This document shows, in pieces, positions 61,950 through 64,000 of a stretch of 64,000 nucleotides of DNA (position 1 is the stretch's first letter; every line of letters starts with the position of its first letter). The stretch is from a virus. A program made the translations under genes and the position numbers. The stretch spans positions 64,001 to 128,000 of the IMG/VR virus record IMGVR_UViG_3300022723_000207; one strand, written 5' to 3'. Below the pieces are notes generated by a model. The model saw only the letters and a program-made list of their open reading frames with translations, was not told where the DNA came from and ran no database searches.

Positions 61950-62026
61950 GGGAAGCGGCTGGCTGGTTGTCAGACGGCACCTTATAAGTGTCTTTGAGTA
62001 GGGTTCGACTCCCTAGCTTCCTACCA
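61950..62026 (+). tRNA. tRNA-Ile(TAT)
   Basis: GGCAC-CTTATAA-GTGTC anticodon arm, T arm, CCA. Confidence 0.82.
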
Positions 62027-63500
62027 TGAATAGTTTGTATCTTTTGCGATCCAGTTAGGGGCATGGGGATCCGGATCATCATAAACATGTCTGCCAACTA
62101 AAGGCATTTCGTTTAAATGTTTTAATTTCATGTAGTATATTTGTTCAAATATGCTGGAGAATAACCATGTCCCAAGAAAACATTACGTAAACGCCTAAAA
62201 AAGCACAAGAAAAAGAATCGCTGGCAAATATACTCAATGAAATTGAGCAGGCTTAATGAAGGATGGCAAGATGATTATGACCCAGAGGCTTGGAAAGGTG
62301 GTTATGATCCAGAAGGTGGTGAAGGTGATGATAGTGGTGACAGCAGTAGAATTTGGGACCTTTTAAAAGATGTTATAGGTGATACCAATATAGATCCTGA
62401 ATATTATCTGATTAGAACTGGAGATAATGAATGGATAACCACTCCATTTAATTCTGAAATATGGGTGATGAGAAAACCAAGAGATAACGAAATAGCTAAA
62501 TTTAATTTATCTTCATTTTTAAATTCAGAAATCAAAATGTCTCCGATATCGCTTGTTATAGATCCAGATCCAGATGTGTGGGATGTGGAGTGGGTTGATG
62601 GATGGAAAATTAATAAAAATATATTATTAGGCATGGAGATTGCTGACCCTGGTTTATTAGGCGGCGGTTGATAAAATATACCTTACGTTGCCCATAACGG
62701 GCTTCTCTTTGACAATCGAAAGGAGGAGGAACCATGAGTACCATGGAACGTAAGTCGCCACGTATAGGTGATACTGTCATTTACCATGACAAGCACGGGA
62801 AAGCGCACAATGCGTTAGTGAAGATTTCCTGGGATCAGGGTGGTCAGATCGAAGACCCTTGCGTTAATTTGGTATATGTCAGTGATGACGCAAAAAGGGA
62901 AGATGGCGCAGGCCGTCAGACCATTGTAGAAACTAGCATAGTTCATGGATCAAACCAGACTGCGCACGGTTTTTACTGGAGAAGGGTTGATGAAGATCCT
63001 AATCCATACGTTAAGCCTAGTGACGACTAATTAATTGACGGACGACGGATGGAACCTACAAAGGGAACCTACCCAGAGTTTATCAAATGTAGTTTAGAGG
63101 ACGCCATGCCATTAGATAACGAAGAATTTGATAATGCTTTGAATGGTATAAGTAATAGAAGCAGCAATAATGAAAAAATATTTGTTTTAACATGGCAAGA
63201 GTTGGGTGGAACAAATGCTGCTACTATTTCGGCAGATCCTGATGATCCAGATTCTGTTATCATAGCAAAGGCTACTAAAGATTTCGGGTATACTCCAGCC
63301 CCCGATGAATTTGAATATGAAATCATTGACAGTAATCATGACTCTGATACAAAACGTGGATATGCGATAACACAAGATTCTCGTGGTCACAAGTCAATTG
63401 ATATTTGGCGATCACTAGACGATGAAGAGCCAAATTGGCCGCATAATACGTTGAAACGTTTCCTTAGAAGGAAGATGTTTAACTAGTTCTTTGACAATAT

Positions 63501-63545
63501 GGGGGCGACATGGCTTCGACAGGCTGTGGAACCTAGTGTGAGCGA
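63501..63545 (+). pseudogene. tmRNA 5' end fragment, interrupted
   Basis: GGGGGCGACATGGCTTCGAC resembles the ssrA 5' end; followed by duplicated DNA. Confidence 0.55.
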
Positions 63546-63548
63546 TGG

Positions 63549-63648
63549 ATACGTTAAGCCTAGTGACGACTAATTAATTGACGGACGACGGATGGAACCT
63601 ACAAAGGGAACCTACCCAGAATCAAATGTAGTTTAGAGGACGCCATGC
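63549..63648 (+). repeat. ~100-nt direct duplication of 63006-63109
   Basis: Identical except for a 4-nt deletion (GTTT). Confidence 0.9.
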
Positions 63649-63666
63649 AAGAGTTGGGAGATAAAA

Positions 63667-64000
63667 ATGCCGCTAAATGATAATCAGTTTGATGATGCTT
63701 TGAACAGAAGAAGACCAGTTAATAATGGGGTGACGCTTGTTGTTAAGTCTCCTATGTTTGATCCTTATGGTGAAGATTGGACAGAACAATATTTTGATGG
63801 TGATGGTGAATTAGCCGATAGGATTGAAAAGCAAGTGCACCAGATCATCCAATCTGAAACTGGATGTAAATATGTGTTTAATGATGATGCTGAAGAATTT
63901 ACATATAGTTGTCCATCAATGGAAGCTTCAAAGATGTTGCTTAGAATGCTGGAAACAGCCGCTTCTGAAAGGCCAGATGATCAAACCGATCTGTTTATGG
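63667..64000 (+). CDS. Hypothetical protein, runs off the window end
   Basis: Open frame; N-terminus MPLNDNQFDDALN resembles MPLDNEEFDNALN in 63049..63486. Confidence 0.55.
   Translation, partial: MPLNDNQFDDALNRRRPVNNGVTLVVKSPMFDPYGEDWTEQYFDGDGELADRIEKQVHQIIQSETGCKYVFNDDAEEFTYSCPSMEASKMLLRMLETAASERPDDQTDLFM

Noticed and set aside
1-64000. Stop-codon reassignment
   Set aside because: Core genes are intact under code 11, and TAA, TAG and TGA all end genes at sensible boundaries

Overview
A 64 kb segment of a large T4-like (jumbo) dsDNA phage, standard genetic code, almost all on the + strand. (1) 1-24 kb: a sigma70 region-4 protein, a UvsW-like helicase, an intein-interrupted gp55-like late sigma factor and a full head module (terminase, portal, acidic core proteins, protease, scaffold, gp23-type MCP), interleaved with Vsr/Mom-like and HNH mobile nucleases. 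(2) 24-43 kb: nucleotide, ADP-ribose and RNA-repair-type accessory genes, including a Ro60/TROVE-like vWA protein and an ARPP-like partner. (3) 43.5-64 kb: a dispersed cluster of about 20 tRNAs. The most striking element is a tandem array of five Y-RNA-like ncRNAs (43544-44279). They share a covarying stem motif and carry tRNA bodies grafted in three topologies: intact, permuted in the D-loop, and permuted at the anticodon (YrlA-like). Other highlights: a leader-peptide attenuator in front of the tRNA cluster, a group I intron at 35/36 of tRNA-Lys(UUU), tRNA scaffolds with expanded anticodon domains, an MCP-fragment/NADAR fusion, and two fixed-position leaderless promoter motifs. All family calls come from motif recognition by eye; no searches were run.
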